From Cirrosporium novae-zelandiae (Eukaryota): DNA of 64,000 nucleotides. How positions within the stretch are numbered: the first letter of the stretch is position 1; every line of letters begins with the position of its first letter. The notes under the pieces are model-generated. The model was not told the DNA's origin, searched no databases, and was given only the letters and a program-made list of their open reading frames with translations. A program made the position numbers and the translations under genes. Positions 52,475 to 64,000 of this stretch are shown here, one piece after another. The stretch is taken from contig JAPETS010000004.1 of NCBI GenBank assembly GCA_026023565.1, positions 434,001 through 498,000 of the forward strand, given 5' to 3'.

Positions 52475-53960
52475 ATGACCACAGTTCAACGCAAGGTCAA
52501 ACGACCCGAGGAATCCAGGTTAAATGTTCGTCATGGTTTTTGAAAATGTGCCACCTTCTTGAATCCAACTCACTGAAAACAGATTATTATAATCGGTGCT
52601 GGGCTTGGAGGTTTAGGGGCTGCTATTGCATTGCTTCTTGCTGGCCATCATGTTACAGTCCTAGAAGCAGCTTCTGAGATTGGAGAGGTATGAGATTGCT
52701 TTACACCTCCTTATTATAATCTCCAATTGCCACTGACATCAGACCTCTCATATATAGATCGGAGCCGGTATCCAGGTCCTCCCCAACTCCAGTCGCATCC
52801 TCATCTCATGGGGCCTCAGAGAACTTCTCAGTAGATATGCCACCCAGCCCGAATGGCTGACATTGAGTGGCTGGAAGGGAAATTGCCTCACAAGATGGAA
52901 CCTCCATGATGCGGACAAGAGATTTGGCTCCCCCTTTTGGGATTTTCACCGGGCGAATCTCCATCGCTGTCTCCTCGACCGAACATTGGAACTCGGGGGG
53001 AGTATACAGGTCAATTCTCGGGTTATGGATGTGAATTGTGATTCTACGGCTGCTACTGCGACCGTTATTCTTCAATCGGGGATGAAATTTGTTGCGGACC
53101 TGGTCGTGGGTGCTGACGGCGTCAATTCTAAATGCAGAGAGATACTCTTAGGCTACCCAGACGAACCAACACCTACCGGCGATCTAGCTTACAGATTGCT
53201 ACTAGACACGAAGAAAATGAGGGATGATCCAGAATTGGCGAAATTTGTTGAGGATCCACAGGTCAATTACTGGATGGGACCAGACGCCCACGCAGTCAAC
53301 TACGTTCTACGTGGAGGCGAGCTCTTCAACATGGTCCTCCTCGTCCCAGACGACATGCCCCATGGAGCGCGCACTCTGTGCGGCAACGTCGATGAAATGC
53401 GTGACCTTTTCAAAGACTGGGATCCGCGGATTCCTAAGCTCCTCTCTCTCTGCACCTCTGTCGATAAATGGAAGCTCTGCATCCGCAAAGGCATAGCCAA
53501 TTGGTCCCATCCATCTGGCACCTTTACGCTTTTAGGTGATGCTGTGCATGCTACACTGCCCTACCTTGCCTCTGGTGCCGGCATGTCTCTTGAGGATGGC
53601 GCCGTGCTAGGGGAATGCCTCTCCCGGCTCCCCAAAACACCCTTCACGTCCCCCCAATCCCGTCGAGAGCTGGTAAAAAATGCTCTCAGCGTGTACGAGG
53701 CGTGCAGAAAGGAACGCACAGAAAAAATTGTGGAGAGAGGAAATCTTCAGCAGCATCTGTACCATTTGCGGGATGGCGAGGAGCAGAGGGAGCGGGATAG
53801 GAGGGTACAGATGATGCCTACGGAGGAAGGCGAGGTGCTTGTTTGGAGGGACCCAGTGTTTGGGAAGTGGTTGTTGAGCTACCAGCATGTGAAAGATGTA
53901 GACGAACATTGGCCTTCGGCAAAGGGGACTACAATGAGGGAGACACAGTGTAGGTTGTGA
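52475..53960 (+). CDS. hxnX: Group A flavoprotein monooxygenase (salicylate hydroxylase family), probable 6-hydroxynicotinate monooxygenase (HxnX-like), two introns
   Basis: Spliced IIIIGAGLGGL, EIGAGIQ, VVGADG, LLGDAVHATLPYLASGAGMSLEDG. C-terminal CRL is a PTS1-type tripeptide. The hxnX label rests on cluster context. Confidence 0.75.
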
Positions 53961-54343
53961 AAGGACATAAATGACAGTGTTTTGAGTAATAGATTTTTCA
54001 GGGGATTTGGTTGACTATAGTAATAGATTTGTGTAAATGTAATTGGAGCTTGTTTTTTTTGGTTTGTGTTTATATCTATCATGACAACTTACGTTTAGAT
54101 CTAAGAATCATTCTTCCATGAAGATTACTTTTTGATAATTCAAGTAAGTATATCAGGATGCACATATAGATATACATCACAGCAGATTTGGTAGTCCCTG
54201 TGTTTATAGCATACTGTATGACCGAAGATGATTATGAATTTTTAATAGTCATTAATTTCATTATCATCTTCTTGTTGGTCCTTAGCTCAACCTCATCATC
54301 ATCACGCATTTCCTTCTCTCCCTCCTTCTCTTTCTATATACAC

Positions 54344-55459
54344 TCATTTCTTCAAAACATCACCTGGTGGTGCAGGCATCATAGCCCCCTCAGGCGGTTT
54401 ATTCTTCGATTTGAAATCCGCAGCCATTTCCCCCAGCGTCATCCACTCGATGTCCTCATGCGAATTGATGTATTCGATTAATCTATACGTTTTAAGTTAG
54501 GCGCGTTAGTCTAACAGGCACAGTATTTGAAATTTTCTCCTAACTTAAAGAGAGAGAAAAAGTATGTCCAAATCCCCAAACTCACCTCTCGTGCATTAAA
54601 ACAACATGCGGCCTTCCACTAACATCGGGATGAATGGTCATTGGAAAAATAAACTCGTCGAACTCGCGGTAATAGTAGTCGAAATGGTCCTTCCAGATCT
54701 GTTCGATGTCCCTGGGATTGGCCCAGCCGTGGCTGTTGGGCGAGTTCTTCATGAACATCATCGGGGGCAGGTCGTCGATGTACCAGCTGCCGGGGATTTC
54801 GACCACGCCGGTTGGCTCGCCCATGGTGAGAGGCTTCATCCAGTCCGACGCGGGCTTGCTGTAGTCGATTTTCGTCCACTTTTCCCCGGCGGGTAGCCAG
54901 TACATCTGGCAGTCCTCATGTGACATGCTGTGGTCGTACTCGATGCCGTATTTCAACAGCAGCTCTGTGCCTTCCTTGCTTGTCTCCCACCATGGCGCTA
55001 CGCTGCCCCGTGGGGGCTTACCGTGACAGAAGTCCGTGAGAAGACGGTATGTCTTGTCGAGGACGTCGGCCTGCTGATGGATAGTCATAGAGGTGGGGTT
55101 TTCGTGGGAGTATCCGTGCAGGCCTATTTCGTGGCCTGCGTCGCGAACTTCTGCGCATTCAGTTGGGAATGTCTCGAGCGTATGCCCGGGGATGAACCAT
55201 GAGGCTTTGATGTTGTATTTTGAAAAGAGCTTTAGGAGACGGCGCGTTCCGTGCGTACCAGCCCAGATTCCTGAAGGGAGGGGGTTAGAATGTATTCAAT
55301 TGAGAGAAAGAGGATGTAATGGGAATTGGGAAACCCGGAGAGATGTACTGTACCTCTACTAATGTCATTGGATGAGTCTTCGCCGCCGTATGATCCTAAC
55401 CAGCCGGCGACGGCGTCAATATCTACACCATATCCGACAAGAACTCTCTTCTTGCCCAT
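54344..55459 (-). CDS. hxnM: CE4/polysaccharide-deacetylase-fold amidohydrolase, probable cyclic imide/lactam hydrolase (HxnM-like), two introns
   Basis: [71 protein letters not shown]; no signal peptide. Confidence 0.8.
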
Positions 55460-56160
55460 ATTGTATGAGTTTTTAATACTAAAATCAAGTCAATTGGATT
55501 GAGAAAGCCCTTTGTAATCGCGCGAAGTTTGGAGAAATAGAAGCTCTAGTTAGGGTTATGTCATTTGATCACGAGAATAGAAGGAATAGGGAAAAGGAAA
55601 CAGTGAAGCTGTAATTAACCAGAGACCATGTATATCTAAAGATAGGTTCAATTATCACATCATTAATTTCCGTTGTACAGCAACAGAACCTTGGAGATGC
55701 GTGAGGGGCTAGATGGCAAATCAATAAAGTTGTTGTTGATAGCAGTTCTTATCAAGAGTGGGGTTGCGAGCATAGGGAGATTGTAATATTTCAATGTTTT
55801 TGTAACACCCGTAATTGTAGATACGCCCCCCATTAGATATAGCCCCACAATATTTATCAACAAGATTATCGCTAACTTTTGATATCAATACGAATTTGCT
55901 GATAGTATAGTTAGCTGCTTGTATGTGTTTTGGTGGGTAGGGTCATTGGATACTTCGAGATCACTGAATGCCCACCTGCGTCCGGAGTGCTCGGGACCAA
56001 AATGACCACAATTGAGCTTGGAATAGAGCTCAGTAGTAGCTACATAATACCGCTCTTCCAGAAGACCTTGTGATCGCACTCAGCTTCTTGCTATTATTTT
56101 GACTCTTGAAAACATCAAAAATAACATTCTTCTCTTAGAATCCGACTACCATTTTGAATT

Positions 56161-57122
56161 ATGGTATCTAATCGTGTAAGTTGATCTCTCATATGTAATG
56201 CGTCCTATGTTTCTGAAATATGTAACGTCTAATGATTTGACGATAGTTCTCCCTAGAAGGCCGTACGGCCCTCGTCACAGGGGGTGCTCGAGGATGTGGT
56301 TTAGCCTTCGCCGAAGGTCTTGCCGAAGCCGGTGCAGATGTTGCAATCTTTGATATTATTCCTCCATCAGACGAGTTTCACACTATTTCAAAAAAATATA
56401 AAGTTAGGACGGGGCATTTTCTGTATGTACTCCTGTACTATGGCCTCCTGAGCTTGTAGACATGAACTCACATATACGACGTAACCGGGGAAAGAGTAGA
56501 TGTGAGCAATGAAGAAAGCCTGAAGAAAGGTTACCAAGAATTCAGCGAAGCTTTTGGCGACAAGCTCGATATCTGTGTCCCTTGCGCCGGTATAAATAAG
56601 CATGTCCCTTTTCTAGAGTACAAATTTGAAGACCTTCATCATTTATTAAGCGTCAATGTTGTGGGGGCTTTCATGACAGCGCAGCTCGCAGCAAAACAAA
56701 TGATCCGGAATGAAACAAAGAAGGGAAGCATTGTGATGGTTGCAAGTATAGCAAGTTATATGGCAATCCGAACACAGATGAGTAGTGGATATTGCTCGAC
56801 TAAGGGTGGCGTGAGAGCAATGGTTTCAGCTATTGCCAAGGAGCTGGTCCCATACGTTTGTGGCCCTTAAGTCACCTACATCCAAAAGTGCTGACATAGA
56901 TATTAGGGAATTCGAATTAATTCAGTATCACCTGGGTACGTGCAGACAGCTATGACTGAATGTTTTCCCGATCTCCTTGAAGGGTGGAAAGATGAAATAA
57001 TGAATGGGAGGGTCGCCATGCCAGATGACATTATGGGAGCTTGTGTTTTCCTAGCTTCTGACGCTAGTTCTTATATGACTGGACATGATATACCAGTGGA
57101 CGGAGGAGTCTTGAAGTGGTAG
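56161..57122 (+). CDS. Short-chain dehydrogenase/reductase (polyol dehydrogenase-like; possible HxnW counterpart), three introns
   Basis: Spliced [53 protein letters not shown]. Confidence 0.88.
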
Positions 57123-57717
57123 CCAAAACAATTAGATGTGGAAAGTAGCTCAATCAATTGGAATAAAAAAAACGTTCCAAGAGAAGAAAATTAATCCTTT
57201 CTAAGAATAAATGTTGGTTTTTTTTAATTCATTTTATTGTCCATGTGTCGCACCTGGGCTATGACGAACACAACAAGTGTTGGTTTCGTAGTGAAGCGTC
57301 CGAAGGGTTACCCAGTAAATACCCTACCTAATTCATGAATTTTGTTTATCTGACTGTCTATATTTTAAATTCAGTGTCAAGGCGTAGTGATTGGAGTCGA
57401 AATCGCGTAATTAATAACCTAGTAGTTGGAACCTCTTTCCGATATCAGGCTATAAAAAAACATCTCCCAGGGAGACCTTTTAATAGTAATCGTGTTCGGT
57501 GGTTATGTTAATGGCTATACTCTACTACCTAGTACAATAAGTTCGAATCCAATTGAGCTATCTAGCCAATTGGTTTTATGCAAGCGTCTTATCAATTAAT
57601 CATAGGGAGCTTTATGGGGGTTTCAGTGCCATTAGCAGTCAAACCGAATAGTTTCGAAAAGAATACTTACATTCTACATGGTAAATCTAAGCAAGTGTAT
57701 ATGGTATAGTTTGAATG

Positions 57718-59791
57718 TCAATGGCATATAAGCCGTTCAACAACTGCTGCGATTCCCAAGATCTCTTCCTCTTGGTGTCTTCTACCAACAAGTTGTAGGT
57801 TGACTGGTAGCCCGTTCATGGCTTCCCCGTCATACAAATTCCAGTTCCATTCATCTAGGGCATTTCTTGGTTTATACTCCGGGGGTGTAAGGGGATCCAT
57901 ATCTGTTGATACTTTGGAAACAGGAAATGACAAGGCCGTGTAATCGAGTACGTTCCAGATTTTGGTATAACCCACCCACCTACAGGATCTATGTGGCACC
58001 TGCGTATTTCATGTCAATGACTCTTGTCTCAAACGAGATGTGTTTGATGTGTTGCTTACAGCTGTGTGCGGCATCACAGGCATCAGGATAGCATCAACAG
58101 GCCGTCCAGACGATGACAGGGTCGTATTCCATTTGTCAATGTATTGTTCTTGGGCCGTCCGCTTTTCAATGTTGAGGCCCCAGTAGTCTAGTACTGATAT
58201 AGCCTTTCCTTTATTCACTAATGCTTGCACATGAGGAATGTAAGGTTCCCCGCCGGCCTCCATATCCTGACGAACGTCTGCACCGCCATCCGCCGAATAG
58301 TATCGATCCTAATACACTAGTTAGCACAAGGGCCAACATAGTAGACTAATATATTTGATCTTCAGTACCATGACATCAATACATTTTGCATGATCTGAAG
58401 CATTCCAAGGCACAATATCGTGGCTAGCTTGTTTTATCTTTTCTTCGAGTTCTTTTAAAGCACGCTCAATTGGTGGATGAACCTTGACAACATTATCATC
58501 ATAAAGGACACCAATAGTTAATTTCCGATCTAGTGCTTGAACGGCACGATACACGTTTTCTCTCCAAGGCAGACGGTTGCATTTAGGATCTAGGTGCTCA
58601 GGCTGCATGCTCAGTGTAGCCTTGGTGATGTCAACAATAGAAGACAGTGCTCGGGCCATTGGTCCCACAACACTTGGAACGTGCTCTTGACCTTCGGTGG
58701 AGACAGGCACTCCGCGATATGGAAGTCGGCCACTCTATGCCCCGAAGATAGTCAACCATATATTCTTGAAAGAGAACGGGGTGTGGGATTATTAGAAATA
58801 CACTAGGCTTTAGGCCATATAGGCCCATCATGTTGCTAGGGATACGAATGCTTCCCCCAATGTCAGTCCCAAAGCCAACCAGAGAGCCGTGGAATGCCAG
58901 GAGGGCACTTTCACCCCCCGTTGAGCCACCAGGAGTGAAGGCTTTGTTGAAGGGATGAACGGTAAGACCCCATAGAGGATTCTCGGTCTCACACCACTTA
59001 GATAAAGATTATTTCGTTAGGTTCCACGGGTCCTCTAAAATAAGTAGCTCGGGAGGGCCCGTACCATTATGCTCTGGGGAAGATTTGTCTTGGCTAGGAT
59101 CACAGCACCGAGCTTTTTCAGAATAGTAACAAGAGTTGCATCCTCTGTCGCTGGAGAAAACGCTCGTCCAACGTAGCCTAAAGTTGAGTCATAACCCTTG
59201 ACCTACACAAAGAATGTTTTAGAAACTACACGGTGGATCATTGTCAATACTTCTCACGTCGAATTGGTCCTTGAGGGTAATAGGTATGCCATGTAATGGC
59301 CCAATGAGCTTCCCGGTTTGCTTGAAGTGGACATCGAGCTCTTGTGCTCGCAGAACAGCGTCATCAAAGAATATTTCGGTTAGGCAATTGCACTGAAATT
59401 TGAATGAGCGGAACTAGAGCCAACCACATTCTCGAAAGTTCCTCACCGTCTCATGAGCAACTACGGCTCTGAAAACATGGTAGTGATCAGCATGTGAAGC
59501 GCTATTTATCCAATCCACTCATGAGAAAACAAAGCAAAAACGTGCAAACCTCTTTATGTAGGCTCGGACCAGCTCCTCTGCGGTAAGCTGACCGCCGCTA
59601 AGGAGATTTAATAATCCTTGAATATCATTCACGTCGGTGATTTCTCGAATTGAAACTGATAGATGTTGCAATTTCTCTTCAGGGCTCAACTGCGCGTCTG
59701 TAACTGACAAATAAGGCTGGATCGCAGCTTGCCGTAGTCGTCGCTTCTCCTCGACTACCAGCTGCCATGGCCTTTTCAACGTAGAACCCAT
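57718..59791 (-). CDS. hxnN: Amidase-signature family amidase (HxnN-like), multi-exon
   Basis: GPLHGIPITLKDQFD, AKTNLPQSIMWCETENPLWG, TPGGSTGGE, GFGTDIGGSIRIP, GLPVNLQLVGRR. The hxnN label rests on cluster context. Confidence 0.78.
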
Positions 59792-60949
59792 TCTTAGATT
59801 GAGTATCTATCTTTTTTTTGTCAAATTGCACGTTCTGAATTAAAATCAAAAAATAATAATAATCAACTTGAGAGGGACATTTTCGATAACTTCCCAAAGT
59901 ACAATAATTAGTATAGGTGGGTGTTATTTCGTCTAACCGTCTAATCGTCCATCCCGCTCAGCAATTAGATATCTAATTGTGGATGAGTCAACTCGATTGG
60001 GATGGATGGGGGAGGAGAGATGGGGGGATAGAGATGGGGAGCGGGGAAAGTTGCTCCGAGGTTCCTCTTCTTCTTTGATGGTTCATTCCTTCAAAAGGTT
60101 GTAAGTGGGGGGAGACTTAAAGAGCTTTTTTTTTCTTTTGTTAGCTTTTTATTCACCAATTACCTCTTAGGGCCCCATTTACCTATGGTCTTAGCCCCAT
60201 GTTCCCCCCCCCCCTCCCCCAATCCCCCCAATGACCAATGATCCTTTAGACCCTTCTCGGGCAAAGATCATCGGACAATAATCCTTAATTGTAAGGAGTG
60301 GACGGTCATTGTCCCTTTTTCTGTTTTTTCTCTCTCGTCTTTCTCTCTCCTTCATAGGATGGATTAGCTGAAATGATGGAATTCACGTACAGCCAGCCCT
60401 ACCCATAGATATTTCAAATGCTTCGTTACTCTACTTAGTTAGTAAAAGTAGTCATGGTCACCTTTTGCTCCAAACAAAAGTGGCCAAAACCCCAGTAAAA
60501 CTAAAGTAAAACCTAACCATATTTTCTAGGCTGAAAAGGGCCTTCATTGAAGAATCATGGGCCTCATTCTGGTCCTTCCCAGGCGCAACACGCCGAATTC
60601 CAAAACTCTGGTGCCTTTGATCCCCATCCTCGGCGTTTGTTACATCTTCTGGCCAGGTTAATAACCTCAAAGCAAACCAGCAATTTCAACCATGGGTATT
60701 CTCTGTATCTCTGTATCTCTCTGTATCTCCTCTCCACCTTGTCACTGTTTTCAACGGGTGGCGCTTGGGAACAACTATCGGGCTTACCGCCGGAATCCGC
60801 ACTTCCTCTCCACTCTGCACGACCCTGCTGTTCGCAGTTCCACTTCCCTCTCAGCTTCCCGGGAGCAAACGGCTGTTCTCGAAGAGGAAATATACACAAC
60901 CTCTTGAAACGGCTCTCACTACCCAAAGTACATAGTACTTTTTGATCCC

Positions 60950-63178
60950 ATGAGTGCGCCAAAAAGGCCTTGGAACCCAGTGTTCGATCGAAGCGTCCCG
61001 ACTCCCCAATCCAAGCAGAGGCGTCTGAACAAAGACATGGCTCCCGGTGCAATCATCGACACTTCCAGTCCGTTACCCAACGGACTGGACAAACATATCG
61101 TGAAAAGCGCCACCAAAGTGGTAATCGCTGGTGCTGGTCCCGCTGGGCTTATGTTGGCGTAAGTAACCACTATATAGCCATATGTGTCCTTGCGCCCGTT
61201 TTTGTAGGGCTGCCGAGCAGCATTGGGTGTCATCTTGCCGGTTGCATTGCATAAATACTAATGCGCTTCATGACTACCATACAGTACCTTGCTTGCTCGA
61301 TTCGGTGTTTCTCTTGAAGTTCTTGATGACCGAGATGAGTGGACTCCGACCGGAAGGGCAGATGGTTTGCAACCAAAGACCATCGAGACCTTCAAGCAAA
61401 TGAGAATAGCAGAACCAATGCTACTAAAGGGTGTTAAGGTTTACGAAATTTCATATTGGGTATGTTCTTGCATCGCAACTATCTGTTGCGACACTTCCGT
61501 AAGCGGGTTGCTAATAAATCACCCTAGGAGTCCACGAGAACGCAGCGTTTACGGAGAACCGGGAGGCAAATACATTATCCTGAACATGTCGGATCTAAGA
61601 ACCCATATATTCTATTGGTCCATCAAGGAATGGTGGAAGAACTGTTCCTTGAAGAGCTCGCCACCCGCGAGGTTTACGTGAGGAGAGATAGTCCATTCCT
61701 CGGCTTCAGAAGGGTGGTTGGTAAAAATAGGCCACTTGAGATTACATATAGAGATGGACCTTTGCTACGAGAAGTGGGCAAGATAAGAGCGGAATACTTG
61801 GTTGGAACTGATGGAGCTCACTCTACCGTGCGAGCTTCGGTTCCAGATATACGCATGGAAGGGGAAAGTGGTGGCGCTTCTTGGGGAGTTTTAGATGGTG
61901 AGTTTTCTCCACCTCTACAAAACCCGTTTTCGGTTTCCTGACTGGTTTACAGGCGTCATCGAGACTGACTTCCCCGATATTTGGACGAAATGTTTTGTCA
62001 AGTCAGAAACGGCTGACGGAACTGTGTTATGCATACCGAGGGAGCGTGGTATGACGAGATTATATATTGAACTGGCATCTAGCAAGGTTGGGGTTCCTGA
62101 ACCAAATGTGACTGAAGAACTAGTGATGGAAAGGGCAAGGGAAATATTCAAACCTTATCACCTTGAATGGAAGGGAATAGAATGGTTCGGCAATTATAGA
62201 ATTGGACAAAGGGTTGCAAGCAAGTTTGCTTCTGCAGATCAGAGACTATTCATAGCTGGAGATGCTGCGCATACACACTCGCCCAAAGCAGCACAGGGCA
62301 TGAACACCAGTATGCACGACACCTTCAACTTAGCTTGGAAGCTCAATCTTGCTGTCCGAGGTCTTGCAAAGCCACTTCTCTTAGGCACATATGAAGAAGA
62401 GAGAAGAAAAATCGCTCAAGACCTCATCAACTTCGATCGCGAGCATGTCGAATCTTTCAAACTGGGTGGCGCAGCTCTGACTGAAAACTTTGATCTAAAC
62501 ATTCGTTTTATCTCTGGCTGCGGTGCGGAATACCGTCCTTCAGTTCTTAACATCCCCGAAAAAGAATCGCACAACGGCCTGCTACGGGCCGGTGCCCTTC
62601 TCCCCTCAGTCAAAGTTACCCGCTTCATCGACATCAACCCCATAGACATTGAACTTGATATCCCCATCTTAGGCCAATTCCGCATCTATTTCTTTGTACC
62701 AGACATACACAAAGCGAAATCATTCCTCGACCAGGTCTGCCATCACGTGCACAGCGTGACGTCTGTGCTAGGAAACGTGTCCCTGCGAATGGAGAAATCC
62801 CTCGCAATGATGGGGCCTCTACCCGTTGAATCGGATGGCTATATCCAACCCCAGCGGTATCATCCAGTCTCCCCGTTGGCGACCTATGCAGTAGTGACCA
62901 ACACGCCGAAAGAATCTGTTGAGATAGCTCATCTTCCACCGTTGCTACAAGCGAGTAGATGGACGTTCTATCTTGATGATATTGATGCGAAAGAGGGAGG
63001 TGGCTGCATGAAGATGTGGCTCGGAGATGTGCCTGCAGGATCCGCAAATCTAGTCGTCGTGAGACCAGATGGATATCTTGCCACCATTGGACGATGGGAG
63101 AAGGCTGATGGACCTGCTGCTGTGTCGGCTGGGAAGTGGCTGGATGAATACTTTGGAGGATTCTTACAACATTCATGA
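60950..63178 (+). CDS. hxnV: Phenol 2-monooxygenase-family FAD monooxygenase (HxnV-like), three introns; start may be ATG 61037
   Basis: VVIAGAGPAGL, GRADGLQPKTIE, VGTDGAHSTVR, FIAGDAAHTHSPKAAQGMNTSMHD, C-terminal VVRPDGY. The hxnV label rests on cluster context. Confidence 0.78.
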
Positions 63179-63935
63179 CGATGGGCGGATTGATTGTGAT
63201 TCCATATTGTGCTTCTACTCCTACTTTTTGCAAGGTGTGGTTGGCGTTTCTCGATGTATCCCCCCCATGACCGGAGAATTCCAAACTATTTCTTAACTAC
63301 TTGACGTGTCTCGTTTTTTTCATGATGTCCCTCTATTCATACGTTTCCATTATCATCATTTACTCCGGGTCCCCGAATGTTTATCTATAGGAAATACGAT
63401 CGACGAGACGGATGATGGAGAAGAATGGATGTGGCTATGAATTTTGTTGCTAGAGGGTGTCCAACCAACCAACATAGCTCACTTGCATCTATCTATCTCC
63501 CATGGTCCCATTTTAAATTTTTTGCTCATTTTTTCCTTGTCATACGTCTTATTCTTTTTTTGTTTCCATTCATGGTGGCTCAACAACACGATGATACCTA
63601 AGGCGCATTTTATTGACATTGACATTGTGACTGACTGCTATATGATGATAAGAAAGGGGGCTACACATATTCTTTTGCCAAATCTCAAACCTCAAATCTC
63701 GAGAGATAAATTGAAATAACTCTTTTTATCAATTGGGCAGCAAGTAAGTGGTGGTTGTGGTGAAATGTAGCTAAAGTATCTGCAATAATTTGTATTTGTT
63801 AAGAGAGGTAAACCATGTAAAGTCATTCAGCATATCAGTATCTCGGAACAACCTCCGGATTAACCAGCCAACCAACCAGACACCCAATCTCGAATGAACA
63901 ACCCCCCTTCTCGTTGCCAGATCGGCCCCGACCGC

Positions 63936-63958
63936 CCAATCAATCAATCAATCAATCA
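63936..63958. repeat. (CAAT)n microsatellite
   Basis: ccaatcaatcaatcaatcaatca. Confidence 0.8.
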
Positions 63959-64000
63959 TGTAGATAATGTAGGTCCTTCGAAACCTCGCGCCCTACAAAT

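Noticed and set aside
57495..57560. GTTCGAATCC T-loop/B-box motif suggesting a tRNA
   Set aside because: No acceptor stem, D-arm or anticodon arm can be built around it.
52475..63178. Secondary-metabolite biosynthetic cluster
   Set aside because: No PKS, NRPS, terpene synthase or prenyltransferase in the window; the enzyme set fits catabolism.
1..64000. CRISPR arrays, rRNA genes, intact transposons
   Set aside because: No spaced direct repeats, rRNA motifs, or transposase/RT/integrase ORFs seen.

Overview
Eukaryotic DNA from a filamentous ascomycete (Pezizomycotina): intron-containing genes with GT..CTRAC..YAG signals and AT-rich patches with RIP-like changes. The left and middle (1-44 kb) hold mostly conserved housekeeping and stress genes: ATG1, dolichol kinase, DPH6, a Seb1/MsnA C2H2 factor behind a ~7.5 kb gene-free region, a Dal5-family permease, thioredoxin-PITH, DPH4, a Mug190-like SMP/C2 protein, CCP1, a small RRxS-rich conserved protein, a trehalose-complex regulatory subunit and PXR1. 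These are followed by a head-to-head pair of uncharacterised genes (one with a retropepsin-like DSGA motif) and a decayed carboxylesterase pseudogene. A contiguous five-enzyme cluster (52.5-63.2 kb) matches the downstream nicotinate catabolic (hxn) pathway of Aspergillus nidulans by family composition. The most unusual non-coding signal is a ~150-nt strand-specific, Y-shaped RNA structure with an alternative fold inside the intron of the RRxS-rich gene (36.3-36.5 kb). Gene models were spliced by eye, all identities come from motif recognition, and no database search was run.
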